From: Minisyncoccota bacterium
GTDB taxonomy: Bacteria > Patescibacteriota > Minisyncoccia > JBAYJV01
Assembly: GCA_041664925.1 (NCBI GenBank)
Contig: JBAYJV010000001.1
Span: 293,262-357,261, forward strand
Reading direction: 5' to 3'
DNA: 64,000 nt
The translations under genes were made by a program, and so were the position numbers. Below, piece by piece: positions 26,464 to 35,072 of the stretch. Position 1 is the stretch's first letter. Every line of letters begins with the position of its first letter. Under the pieces are notes generated by a model. It was not told the DNA's origin. It searched no databases and worked only from the letters and a program-made list of their open reading frames with translations.

Positions 26464-27573
26464 TTATTCAGTATCGCGAACTGGCATAGCGATATAAGTA
26501 TACGAATTATCGGTTGCCGATTTCATTAATAATGGCCTTTCTTTGCCGTTTGCTCGTAAAATCACCTTATTTTTATCAGTATTATTAAGTCCGTCTATGA
26601 GATAGCGATAATTAAAGACTAGTTTTACATCTTCGCCCTTAACTTCCGCTTTAATGCTTGAATTATGTTCTCCTAATTCTTGAGATTTAGAAGATATTTC
26701 AATCAGTCCTTTATTAGAAAAAGAAAGATTAATGTCATTAACTTTTGTAACAAAAAAACTAGCAATCTTAATCGCTTCAATTAGTTTGTCTTTTTCAACC
26801 ACAACCTCTGTTTGGAATTCTTGAGGAATAATTCTTTCGTAATCGGGAAAATGACCTTCTATTAATCTTGATATCAGTTGAATGTCTTCAATGTCAAACA
26901 AAATCTGATTTTCTTTAATTGTAATTTTAATATCCTTATCAATATCACTTAAAATTCTTGTAAGTTCAATAATGGTTTTTAGTGGGATAATCAAGGATAT
27001 TTCTTGGTTTTGTTGAGGAAGAGCTTTTTTCATTACCTTTTCTGCTAAACGAAAACTATCAGTCGCTACTAATTTAAGATCGCCTTGTTGGGTGATTTTA
27101 AACAAGACACCAGAAATCTCTGGTCTAGTATCGGAAAAAGAAGCTGCTTGGTGAACTTGAGACAAAGCTTTGTGAAAATCTCTTGATTTAATAATAAAGA
27201 GTGGATTCTCTTCTATTTTGGGAATAATCGGAAAATCCTCAGCGCTCATTCCTTTAATATTTGCGTTGAAATTATTGCATTTAACCATTAGGTCGTGCTT
27301 TTCCGATTCGAGACTGACTTTGTCTTGAGGAAGAGAAGAAACAAAATTACTCAAAACCCCGACTGGAACAGTAATTTTTCCATCTTCATCAACCTTTGCT
27401 GATACCCAAGTAGTTAATCCGATCTCAAGATCAGTCGCCGAAACCTTGAGTCTGCCTTTATCTGTTTCAATTAAAATATTACTCAAAATAGGCAGGTTGA
27501 TATTTTTTCCAGTAACTCGTTCAACGATACTAATGGCTTTTTTTAATTTTTCTTGAAGACAAATAATTTTCAT
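26464..27573 (-). CDS. dnaN: DNA polymerase III beta sliding clamp
   Basis: 369 aa three-domain clamp pattern, position after dnaA. Confidence 0.9.
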   Translation of the reverse strand: MKIICLQEKLKKAISIVERVTGKNINLPILSNILIETDKGRLKVSATDLEIGLTTWVSAKVDEDGKITVPVGVLSNFVSSLPQDKVSLESEKHDLMVKCNNFNANIKGMSAEDFPIIPKIEENPLFIIKSRDFHKALSQVHQAASFSDTRPEISGVLFKITQQGDLKLVATDSFRLAEKVMKKALPQQNQEISLIIPLKTIIELTRILSDIDKDIKITIKENQILFDIEDIQLISRLIEGHFPDYERIIPQEFQTEVVVEKDKLIEAIKIASFFVTKVNDINLSFSNKGLIEISSKSQELGEHNSSIKAEVKGEDVKLVFNYRYLIDGLNNTDKNKVILRANGKERPLLMKSATDNSYTYIAMPVRDTE

Positions 27574-27864
27574 AATTATTATTAATATTTTATATATTTA
27601 AAGAACTAATTATTACTAAGAATTTTTATTTTGGGGATAAGTTCTAGAAAATTGTTATTTGGCGCGGGTAAATCACTAAAGCTCATACGGATTATCTGTG
27701 AATATCTCGGGATTTTTTCTCTAAACACGAGGATAAGTTTTTCAATTTTAATTTTCTGAAAAATATATCCATCGAATTGTACGCGTGATTAACCAATGGT
27801 TATCCTCAGCTTTTCCCCAGAAATTAGTAAGTCTATAAAACTTCTTTGACAGAAAAAGCAAACC
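27574..27864. promoter_or_regulatory. candidate oriC: AT-rich unwinding stretch plus DnaA-box-like 9-mers in dnaA-dnaN intergenic region
   Basis: one-mismatch boxes TGGGGATAA (27632-27640), TTATCCTCA (27800-27808), plus weaker ones; AT-rich tract 27574-27640. Confidence 0.55.
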
Positions 27865-29232
27865 TTAGGTGTTGTAAAGTCGCTCCTTTATTAGGTTTAA
27901 CTCCATTACGAGACCTTCATCTAATTGGCGATTGTGTTCGACTTTATCGCAAGCATGTATAACTGTCGTGTGATCGCGGCCACCGAGTTTTTTTCCGATA
28001 GAAGGATAAGATTCGTGAAGCTCTTCCCTGAGAAGATACATCGATATCTGACGCGGTTTGACTAATTCTTTTTTTCGGCCTCCCTCAATAATGTCTTCTA
28101 GAGGTATTTCATAAAACTCCGCAACTGTCTCTAATATCTTTGAAGAAGAAACACGCTTGGGTGGTCTCACAATTAAATTTTTCAAAAGCTCTTTAGCTTT
28201 TTCTAAATCAGGAATACTGTTATTAGATTTATAGTAAGCATGAATTTTATTTAAAGAACCTTCAAGTTCGCGAACGTTTTTTTGAACTTTACTGGCAATA
28301 AAATGAATAATATCGTCAGAAAGATTGTATTCTAAGGTTTCAAGTTTAGATTTAAGAATAGCAATGCGGGATTCGAAATCTGGATAAGAAATATCAACCG
28401 TCATACCTCCCTCAAAACGGGAACAGAGGCGTTCTTCTAGGGTAGGAATTGCCTTAGGCGGGCGATCAGAGCTGATAATAATTTGCTTATTGGCTTCATA
28501 TAAAGCATTAAAAGTGTGGAAAAATTCAATCTGGGTTTTCTCCTTTCCGGCCAAGAATTGAATATCGTCAATAATCAAAACATCAATCTTGCGATATTTC
28601 TTTTTAAAATCTTCCATTCTTTGGGTGCGGATAGCGTCAATTAACTCACTCGTAAAAGCTTCGGAAGAAATATATTTAACCTTAATTTGTCCGGGATACT
28701 GTTTAACTAATTCGTTGCCGATTGCCTGTAAGAGATGAGTTTTTCCTAAACCAACACCGCCATAAATAAAAAAGGGATTATATTCCCTTCCAATGTTTTC
28801 TGGTTTTACCAAAGAGAGAGCAGCAGCGTGAGCAAGTTCATTGAACGAACCGACAATAAAAGTCGAAAAATCGTATTTAGGATTTAAATTGGTTTCCTCA
28901 TCGATGATTCGATTATTAAGCAATCCCAACTGAGGTTCTTGAGCTGATTCTTCAGGGCGACGATTAATAATAACATCAACAACTCTTCTGGAAGCAACAA
29001 TATATTCCAATTTCTTTACTTCGGGAGAAACATTGCGCAAAGCGCGCAGGATTAAAGTGTTACATCTATTTTCAAGCCACTCGCGAGTGAACTGATTGGG
29101 AACTTCAAGTGTACAAATACCTTCATTTCTGGAAACAAGTCGAGCGTTTTTAATCCAAGTAACAAAATTGGCCTTAGAAACAGATAATTCTATTTCACCG
29201 ACAGCAGCTTGCCAAAGTTCTTCAATGTTCAT
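27865..29232 (-). CDS. dnaA: chromosomal replication initiator DnaA
   Basis: AAA+ Walker A GGVGLGKTHLL, Walker B LIIDDIQF, C-terminal DNA-binding domain. Confidence 0.95.
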   Translation of the reverse strand: MNIEELWQAAVGEIELSVSKANFVTWIKNARLVSRNEGICTLEVPNQFTREWLENRCNTLILRALRNVSPEVKKLEYIVASRRVVDVIINRRPEESAQEPQLGLLNNRIIDEETNLNPKYDFSTFIVGSFNELAHAAALSLVKPENIGREYNPFFIYGGVGLGKTHLLQAIGNELVKQYPGQIKVKYISSEAFTSELIDAIRTQRMEDFKKKYRKIDVLIIDDIQFLAGKEKTQIEFFHTFNALYEANKQIIISSDRPPKAIPTLEERLCSRFEGGMTVDISYPDFESRIAILKSKLETLEYNLSDDIIHFIASKVQKNVRELEGSLNKIHAYYKSNNSIPDLEKAKELLKNLIVRPPKRVSSSKILETVAEFYEIPLEDIIEGGRKKELVKPRQISMYLLREELHESYPSIGKKLGGRDHTTVIHACDKVEHNRQLDEGLVMELNLIKERLYNT

Positions 29233-29523
29233 AAACGAAGGATAACATCTTTAAGGTTATTTTAGCACGGAATCTTTAAATGCAATCTTTATCAACAAAT
29301 GCGTGAATAATGCTGTTTTAGGGGATTAACCTGCATTTTTTGTTGATAACCTGTGTAAAACTCCTTAATAACATCATTATTCTATATCTAACCCACCTCC
29401 AATTGCAATAGATACGCAAAATCAGAAATTCTTACCTAATCTAAAAAACACTTGAGTGTTTTGGGTGGTGACATCAAAACTAAAATGATAAAATAAGAAC
29501 ATGCTTAATTAATAATTTTTAAA
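29233..29523. promoter_or_regulatory. dnaA upstream region with two inverted one-mismatch DnaA boxes (TTATCAACA)
   Basis: 29289-29297 TTATCAACA and 29341-29349 TGTTGATAA. Confidence 0.45.
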
Positions 29524-30792
29524 ATGACAGAGCCAAATTTAGAAAAACAAGAAGCACTAGAAGATAAAAAACCACAAATCGACAAAGAATCATCTGATAA
29601 TGAGTGGACAGACATGGAAATTAAACAAAAAGAATTTATAAACAAAGTTACTGCCGCTAATCTGGACTTATCGGCAGATCAGGCGTCTGAAAAATTGGTA
29701 GCGCTTGAGAAAAAATATGACTGTCAACTTTTCAGAGTTATTTATGGAGAGGGACCACATAAAGAGCTAACAGTTAGGCGCAAAAAATTATCAATTTACA
29801 GAGAATTAAATATTATTTCCGATGAAGAAATAACAATATTAGAAAAGCTGGAAGCGGATTTTTCAAAAATAACCAAAGAAATTTGCACAGCAACAGGCGA
29901 TGATCCAGAAGAAACTCTCAAAAACATTGATTCTATTCTTGAATACCAAATGGCCAAGGATTTATCTGAGGCCAAAGAAATTTTGATTAACGGACCAATT
30001 ATTGAAGGATTTGAAGAAACCAAGGACCATCAAATGCCCGATGAATCAGTGCGCCAATTTTTAAAAGATGCTTTCGGTTTGGAGGCCTTAAAAAAAGCTA
30101 AGGTTGCTCGAGTGACCAAGGATGATCAATACATGATTTTTCTTGGTTATAATTTTCAATACGGAGACAAGGGGGCTAAGTTGGTTAAACAAGGCATTGC
30201 AGATTGGGATGGTTATGATCACACAAGATTAATTCTTAAAAGCAAAGAAGATTATCTTAAGGCAGCTATGTTTTTAGAAGAAACTGACAATCCAGATCGG
30301 CTTGAACACGCATTTAAAGTTCGAGCATCATCGGGAAACCCTGGGGGTTTTAGTATTATTCGGCTGCGAAGTTTTGGTGTTGAGAAATCTTCAGAGCTTG
30401 ATTTTTTGACAGACACAACAGAATTTGACAATGAAGACGATAGAATGCGAGCGTTTATGTTGGGGGTAATAGCGCATGAGATAGCACACGGTTATGAAAA
30501 ACAAGAGAAGGAAGGAATTTTTGACGAATACAAGAGAATTATTGAAGAGGAAAATAGTTATATTAGGTCGCAATATGTCAGCGATTATGTGCTTAAACAT
30601 AAAGAAAGATACGGAAGTGATCCGCAGGCAATTTTTCGCGAAGACTTTGCAGAAGCAGTGAGAATTTATATTACTAATCCAGAATACCTTCAGCAAAATT
30701 ATCCAAGAAGGTTCGCTTTTATTAACCAGAAATTTCCTTTTATCAAGGCAGGTGCAATTGGTGTGGCGATAAAGAATATGAGAAAGAAGTAG
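29524..30792 (+). CDS. hypothetical acidic protein with HExxH (VIAHEIAHGYE) putative zinc-metallopeptidase motif
   Basis: single HEIAH motif, no family recognised; divergent from dnaA. Confidence 0.4.
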   Translation: MTEPNLEKQEALEDKKPQIDKESSDNEWTDMEIKQKEFINKVTAANLDLSADQASEKLVALEKKYDCQLFRVIYGEGPHKELTVRRKKLSIYRELNIISDEEITILEKLEADFSKITKEICTATGDDPEETLKNIDSILEYQMAKDLSEAKEILINGPIIEGFEETKDHQMPDESVRQFLKDAFGLEALKKAKVARVTKDDQYMIFLGYNFQYGDKGAKLVKQGIADWDGYDHTRLILKSKEDYLKAAMFLEETDNPDRLEHAFKVRASSGNPGGFSIIRLRSFGVEKSSELDFLTDTTEFDNEDDRMRAFMLGVIAHEIAHGYEKQEKEGIFDEYKRIIEEENSYIRSQYVSDYVLKHKERYGSDPQAIFREDFAEAVRIYITNPEYLQQNYPRRFAFINQKFPFIKAGAIGVAIKNMRKK

Positions 30793-30878
30793 AAGTTTAT
30801 ACAATATTCAATCTTAATAAATCAAATAAAACAAAAAAACACACTGATTAATAGCGTGTTTTTTTTGTTTCTATGTTT

Positions 30879-31706
30879 TTAGTTTAATTTGAAAAGCGTT
30901 TTTGCATTTTGGGTGGTGACTTGAGCAACTTCTTGAAAACCAATGCCTTTTATTTCCGCAATCCTTTCCGCGACATATTTTACATACAGTGGCAGATTTT
31001 TTTTGCCTCTGAATGGTACAGGCGCAACATAAGGACAATCAGTTTCCACCATCAATTTTTCTAGCGGGGTTTCTTTTATAATTTCATCGTATGCCTTAGT
31101 AAAAGTGATGACGCCTGTAAAAGAAATTAAAAATCCTAGCTCAATCATTTCTCTGGCATCTTCTTTCGTTCCAGAAAAGAAATGAGCAGTGCCGCGAAGC
31201 GGTATTTCGAATTTCGAATTTCGAATTTCGAATTTAAGGATCTTTACAAGATCCTTCCATGCTTCTCGGCAGTGGATAATAATCGGAAGATTGAGTTTTT
31301 GAGCAAACAAAACCTGTTGTTTAAAAGACTTCTTTTGAGCTTCTTTGTCTTCTTCTGTTTTTGCGTAAGTATAGTCTAGTCCGATTTCGCCAATCGCAAC
31401 GACTTTTTTGCTTTTTGCGAGTATCTCATATTTTTTGGCATCAAATTCTTCGGGACGAGATTTAAAACTTGGTTCGACTTCATTGACATCGACTTGGTTG
31501 GGAATAGCGTGGATGGGGTGAAGGCCGATGGCGGCCCAAACGCCAGTTTTGTATCTTTCGGCAATTTCAACGGCGCGCTTGCTGGTTTCATATTGCGAGC
31601 CGACATTGATTAATTGAATATCATTTTTAAAACATTGATCAATAACCTGGTTATGATCATCTTTAAAGGCGTTGAAATTGAGATGGGCGTGGGTGTCGAT
31701 TAACAT
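30879..31706 (-). CDS. tatD: TatD-family metal-dependent DNase/hydrolase (ATG start at 31706; track used upstream TTG at 31721) with in-frame heptamer-repeat insertion
   Basis: MLIDTHAHLNF start, TIM-barrel His/Asp/Glu metal ligands (IGEIGLDY, IIHCREA); 4.5x ATTTCGA array 31204..31236. Confidence 0.85.
   Translation of the reverse strand: MLIDTHAHLNFNAFKDDHNQVIDQCFKNDIQLINVGSQYETSKRAVEIAERYKTGVWAAIGLHPIHAIPNQVDVNEVEPSFKSRPEEFDAKKYEILAKSKKVVAIGEIGLDYTYAKTEEDKEAQKKSFKQQVLFAQKLNLPIIIHCREAWKDLVKILKFEIRNSKFEIPLRGTAHFFSGTKEDAREMIELGFLISFTGVITFTKAYDEIIKETPLEKLMVETDCPYVAPVPFRGKKNLPLYVKYVAERIAEIKGIGFQEVAQVTTQNAKTLFKLN
31204..31236. repeat. 4.5-unit tandem heptanucleotide repeat (ATTTCGA) inside tatD coding sequence
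   Basis: directly visible; encodes KFEIRNSKFEIP. Confidence 0.7.
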
Positions 31707-31953
31707 AAACTTAAAGCGCAAAGCTTAAAGCGAAAAACAACAACTTAAAACTTAAAATTGAGAATAGTAGCAACAAACATCTTTTAGTCATTCTGAGTGC
31801 AACGAAGAATCCTGGGATCTTTCGGTCGCCTTGGGCGACCTCAAGATGACATTACTTTTATTTTAAAGGTTTTTAGGGAAAAAGAAAGCCGTGAGCTTGT
31901 ATTTTTTCAATAAAAATATAAAATGAAAATATGCAAAAAGGAGGAATAAAAAT

Positions 31954-32325
31954 ATGAACCTAGAACAAGAATCAATCTCGCCAGAACAGTCACAAGAAAA
32001 AAAAGAACCGATTTTTGATCAAGAAAAATTTAGGTCACTATGTGCAATATGGAAAGAAGAAGAGACAAAAATGCACAGTTGTATGAAGGCCTCTTTCATA
32101 AAAGGAGCAAAAGAACATGAAGGGAAAGCAAAAGAAGCATATGACCAATTATTGGAAATAGCAGAAGCAGCCCTAAAGGAAAGCAATGGAGATAGAAAAA
32201 TTTTTAACGAAATAACAAGAGCAATTTTAAAAATAGAATCCTATGGGGGGGGATCAGAAACCATTGATCTTACAGATTTTCTTGAAGATTTGGTTTTGAA
32301 GATTGTTTCAGAAAGGAGCGAATAA
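31954..32325 (+). CDS. hypothetical acidic protein (123 aa)
   Basis: strong RBS AAAGGAGGAATAAAAAT-ATG; followed by terminator; immediately upstream of radical SAM gene. Confidence 0.45.
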   Translation: MNLEQESISPEQSQEKKEPIFDQEKFRSLCAIWKEEETKMHSCMKASFIKGAKEHEGKAKEAYDQLLEIAEAALKESNGDRKIFNEITRAILKIESYGGGSETIDLTDFLEDLVLKIVSERSE

Positions 32326-32345
32326 TTAGCTTTATTTTGAGAAAC

Positions 32346-32376
32346 AAAACGGCGATAGATGTCGCCGTTTTTTAAT
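32346..32376 (+). terminator. rho-independent terminator (ACGGCGA-tagatg-TCGCCGT + T6)
   Basis: perfect 7-bp GC-rich stem + T-run. Confidence 0.6.
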
Positions 32377-32456
32377 TTATTATGAATAAATTATTTATAG
32401 CACTCCATTTATATTTAATAGAGGGTATAATAAGATAAGAATAATTATTTTTAGCG

Positions 32457-33476
32457 GTGTTGTCGCAAATGAATAAATTAATCAATAAAATTCTTAAAGA
32501 ATTAAGCTATCAGACAGGGCGATATATGGTTTCGCCTGAATATGTGAGCTTAATGATTACAGGAAAGTGCAATTTTCGTTGCCAAACCTGTTCTATTTGG
32601 CAAAAAAAGGAAAAAAAGGAATTAAACGAAGCGGACTGGCTTAGAATAGCCCATGAATTAAGCGACGCCTTGAAGCCAGACACTTTTATAGAAATAAATG
32701 GTGGAGAGCCATTAATGAGACCTTCTTTAACTATTTCTCTTGTAAAAGAACTAAAGAGGTATTTTAAAAAAGTAACCCTTAATTCGAATGGATCACTGAT
32801 TAATGAAGAAATCCTTGATCAGCTTAAAAAGGCAGGGCTGGGTACTATAAAAATGTCATTTTATAGCCTAGACGAGAAAATCCATAATCAATTGCGTGGA
32901 AATTCCCTGGCTTATGATCAGGCGATGAAGACCATAAGCCTCATAACAAAGAAGCAAATTGAACTTGAAATTGGCTTGCTCATTACTTCCAAAAACATAA
33001 AAAATGCGGTAGAATTGGTTATGTACCTTCAAACACTTCCCAAAACATCAATTATCCTTCAGCCGCTTGACGAGAAGATTGGTTTGCCCCAATCTTTGAA
33101 TAGATCCGACAATAAATTAATTACCAGTCTTTGGCCAAAAAGAGACGACATTGACACTTTCTTTTCTTGGATAGAAAAAAACAGGCAAAAAATAAAAAAC
33201 TCGTCTGCCAATTTGGAAGCAATTAGGCAATATTATTTAGATCCAAAAAGTACCTTAAGTTTTCGTTGCTTTGCTGGTCAGAGAAGTCTAATTATTCAAC
33301 CCGACGGCGACGTCTTATTGTGTTTTAAAGGAAAAAGCATTGGAAATATAAAAAATCAGAGCGTGAAAAAAATCCTTAAGAACGCCATAAGCGAACGAAA
33401 GAAAATAAAAAATTGCCAGAAATATTGCCGTATTATTGGTTGTAATTTTTCCCGTGGCCTGAAAGAAATGTTATAG
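32457..33476 (+). CDS. radical SAM enzyme with C-terminal SPASM/twitch-like Cys-rich domain
   Basis: CNFRCQTC (CxxxCxxC) near N-terminus; C-terminal C-x17-(Gx4C) then CQKYCRIIGC cluster. Confidence 0.75.
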   Translation: MLSQMNKLINKILKELSYQTGRYMVSPEYVSLMITGKCNFRCQTCSIWQKKEKKELNEADWLRIAHELSDALKPDTFIEINGGEPLMRPSLTISLVKELKRYFKKVTLNSNGSLINEEILDQLKKAGLGTIKMSFYSLDEKIHNQLRGNSLAYDQAMKTISLITKKQIELEIGLLITSKNIKNAVELVMYLQTLPKTSIILQPLDEKIGLPQSLNRSDNKLITSLWPKRDDIDTFFSWIEKNRQKIKNSSANLEAIRQYYLDPKSTLSFRCFAGQRSLIIQPDGDVLLCFKGKSIGNIKNQSVKKILKNAISERKKIKNCQKYCRIIGCNFSRGLKEML

Positions 33477-33513
33477 GAGAACAAAGGGAAGACTTTAATT
33501 ATGAGAAATTTTT

Positions 33514-34341
33514 ATGAATCCGACTACATCAATTGTTATTAGAACAAAAAACGAAGAAAAATATCTAGAAAAAGTTCTTCAAATCCTGAAGCAACAAACC
33601 TATCAGGATTTTGAGATTGTTATTGTTGACGATCATTCAACTGATCGAACTTTAGAAATTGCGCAAAATTATGGATGCAAGATTGTGTCTGTTCCCAAGG
33701 GGAAATTCACTTATCCTTATGCTTGTAACGTCGGTGTTAAAAATAGTGTTGGTCGCTATATTGTCTTTTTGAGCGGACACTCTATACCTATCAATAATGA
33801 TTGGCTTAGAAATGGATTATCTAATTTTCGGAATGAGGACGTCTCTGGCGTGTATAGCGTAGTCTCGGCTTTACCCAATGCAAATCTACTAGAAAGATTT
33901 TTGTATGGCACGAATGTTATTTTTAATAAAAAAAGGACCATCATTGATAGGCCTGAAAAAGTTGGCATGGGTGTTTTGGGTTTTACAAATGCGATTATAG
34001 ATAAGCATCTTTGGGAAAGATATAATATTGACGAAAAATTTGCCAGGGGTGGTGAAGATACAGCCTGGGCTAGGTATTGGGTAGAAAGAGGGTTTGTCGT
34101 GATTCATGACAAAAGATTTAGAGTTTATCACTCTCACAACATGGGTCCAATCGGTCAAGTAAAGCAATTTGCCAATTGGGTGACATTGAGCAAGCCAAGG
34201 AAATTTAAAGCACAAGACAGGAATTTTGAGGTTGACTTAGAAGTTCAGAAAAGTTGCTCAACTCCGTCTTGTTATTTTCGTAAGGCGAAAGTCAGTATTT
34301 TTTCTTTTGCTAAAAAGATTTTTGAGGAAGAGAATAGTTAA
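33514..34341 (+). CDS. family-2 glycosyltransferase
   Basis: IVIRTKNEEKYL...FEIVIVDDHSTDRT GT-A fold DxD region. Confidence 0.7.
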   Translation: MNPTTSIVIRTKNEEKYLEKVLQILKQQTYQDFEIVIVDDHSTDRTLEIAQNYGCKIVSVPKGKFTYPYACNVGVKNSVGRYIVFLSGHSIPINNDWLRNGLSNFRNEDVSGVYSVVSALPNANLLERFLYGTNVIFNKKRTIIDRPEKVGMGVLGFTNAIIDKHLWERYNIDEKFARGGEDTAWARYWVERGFVVIHDKRFRVYHSHNMGPIGQVKQFANWVTLSKPRKFKAQDRNFEVDLEVQKSCSTPSCYFRKAKVSIFSFAKKIFEEENS

Positions 34342-34408
34342 TAGAGTAATATCATATATTAACACTTGACAATATTATCGCGAGGCGTTATCATAGATTA
34401 ATATAAGC

Positions 34409-34690
34409 ATGATTGAGAGTTTTCATTGCAAAGAAACACAGAAGATTTTTAAAAGAGAAACCTCTTCTAAGCTTCCTCATTTAATTCAACGATCAGCCGT
34501 AAGAAAACTTTTAATAATAGATGCGGCTGTGTCCTTAAAAGATCTTCGTATTCCCCCAGCTAATCATTTAGAGAAATTAAGGGGGAAAAGAAAAGGACAG
34601 CATAGTATTCGCATCAATGGTCAATGGCGCATATGTTTTGAATGGAAACAAGGCAATGCTTATAGGGTAGAGATTTGCGATTATCATTAA
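34409..34690 (+). CDS. higB: HigB-type toxin (plasmid maintenance system killer protein, RelE superfamily)
   Basis: MIESFHCKETQKIF...RKGQHSIRINGQWRICFEW...ICDYH matches HigB (COG3549) pattern. Confidence 0.8.
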   Translation: MIESFHCKETQKIFKRETSSKLPHLIQRSAVRKLLIIDAAVSLKDLRIPPANHLEKLRGKRKGQHSIRINGQWRICFEWKQGNAYRVEICDYH

Positions 34691-34699
34691 TAAAAAAAC

Positions 34700-35005
34700 A
34701 TGACCACAAAAAAAATGAAACCAATTTATCCGGGAGAAGTCCTTAAAGAAGAATTTTTAAAACCCCTTGAAATCTCGGAATATCGCCTAGCGAAGGATAT
34801 TGCCGTATCTCCCAGACGCATCAATGAAATTACACATGGAACAAGGGCGATTACTGTTGATACGGCGCTTCGTTTTGCCAAATATTTTGGCAATTCACCT
34901 CAGTTTTGGCTAAATTTACAATCGCATTACGAATTGGAGATACAAGAAGAAAGCATGAAAGATATCTTGAAATATAAGGTAAAAACCCTTAATTATGCGA
35001 TGTAA
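34700..35005 (+). CDS. higA: HigA antitoxin (XRE-family HTH)
   Basis: MKPIYPGEVLKEEFLKPL...SPQFWLNLQ matches HigA (COG3093). Confidence 0.8.
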   Translation: MTTKKMKPIYPGEVLKEEFLKPLEISEYRLAKDIAVSPRRINEITHGTRAITVDTALRFAKYFGNSPQFWLNLQSHYELEIQEESMKDILKYKVKTLNYAM

Positions 35006-35031
35006 AAAGTACTAATAGAATTAAAAAACAA

Positions 35032-35066
35032 AAAAACAGCTCTTGATAAGCTGTCTTTTTTTTTAT
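35032..35066. terminator. bidirectional terminator (ACAGCT-cttgata-AGCTGT + T9), part of duplicated ~65-bp repeat
   Basis: hairpin with A-run/T-run. Confidence 0.6.
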
Positions 35067-35072
35067 GTTCAT

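Noticed and set aside
30835-30868. Terminator between the HExxH gene and tatD
   Set aside because: Only an A/U-rich weak stem (AAACAC...GTGTTT) followed by T-run. Too weak to call confidently.
31780-31870. tRNA or integron attC site
   Set aside because: Stems do not fit tRNA dimensions (7-bp stem/3-nt loop hairpin, no T-arm). No GTTRRRY core sites for attC. Kept as generic structured element instead.
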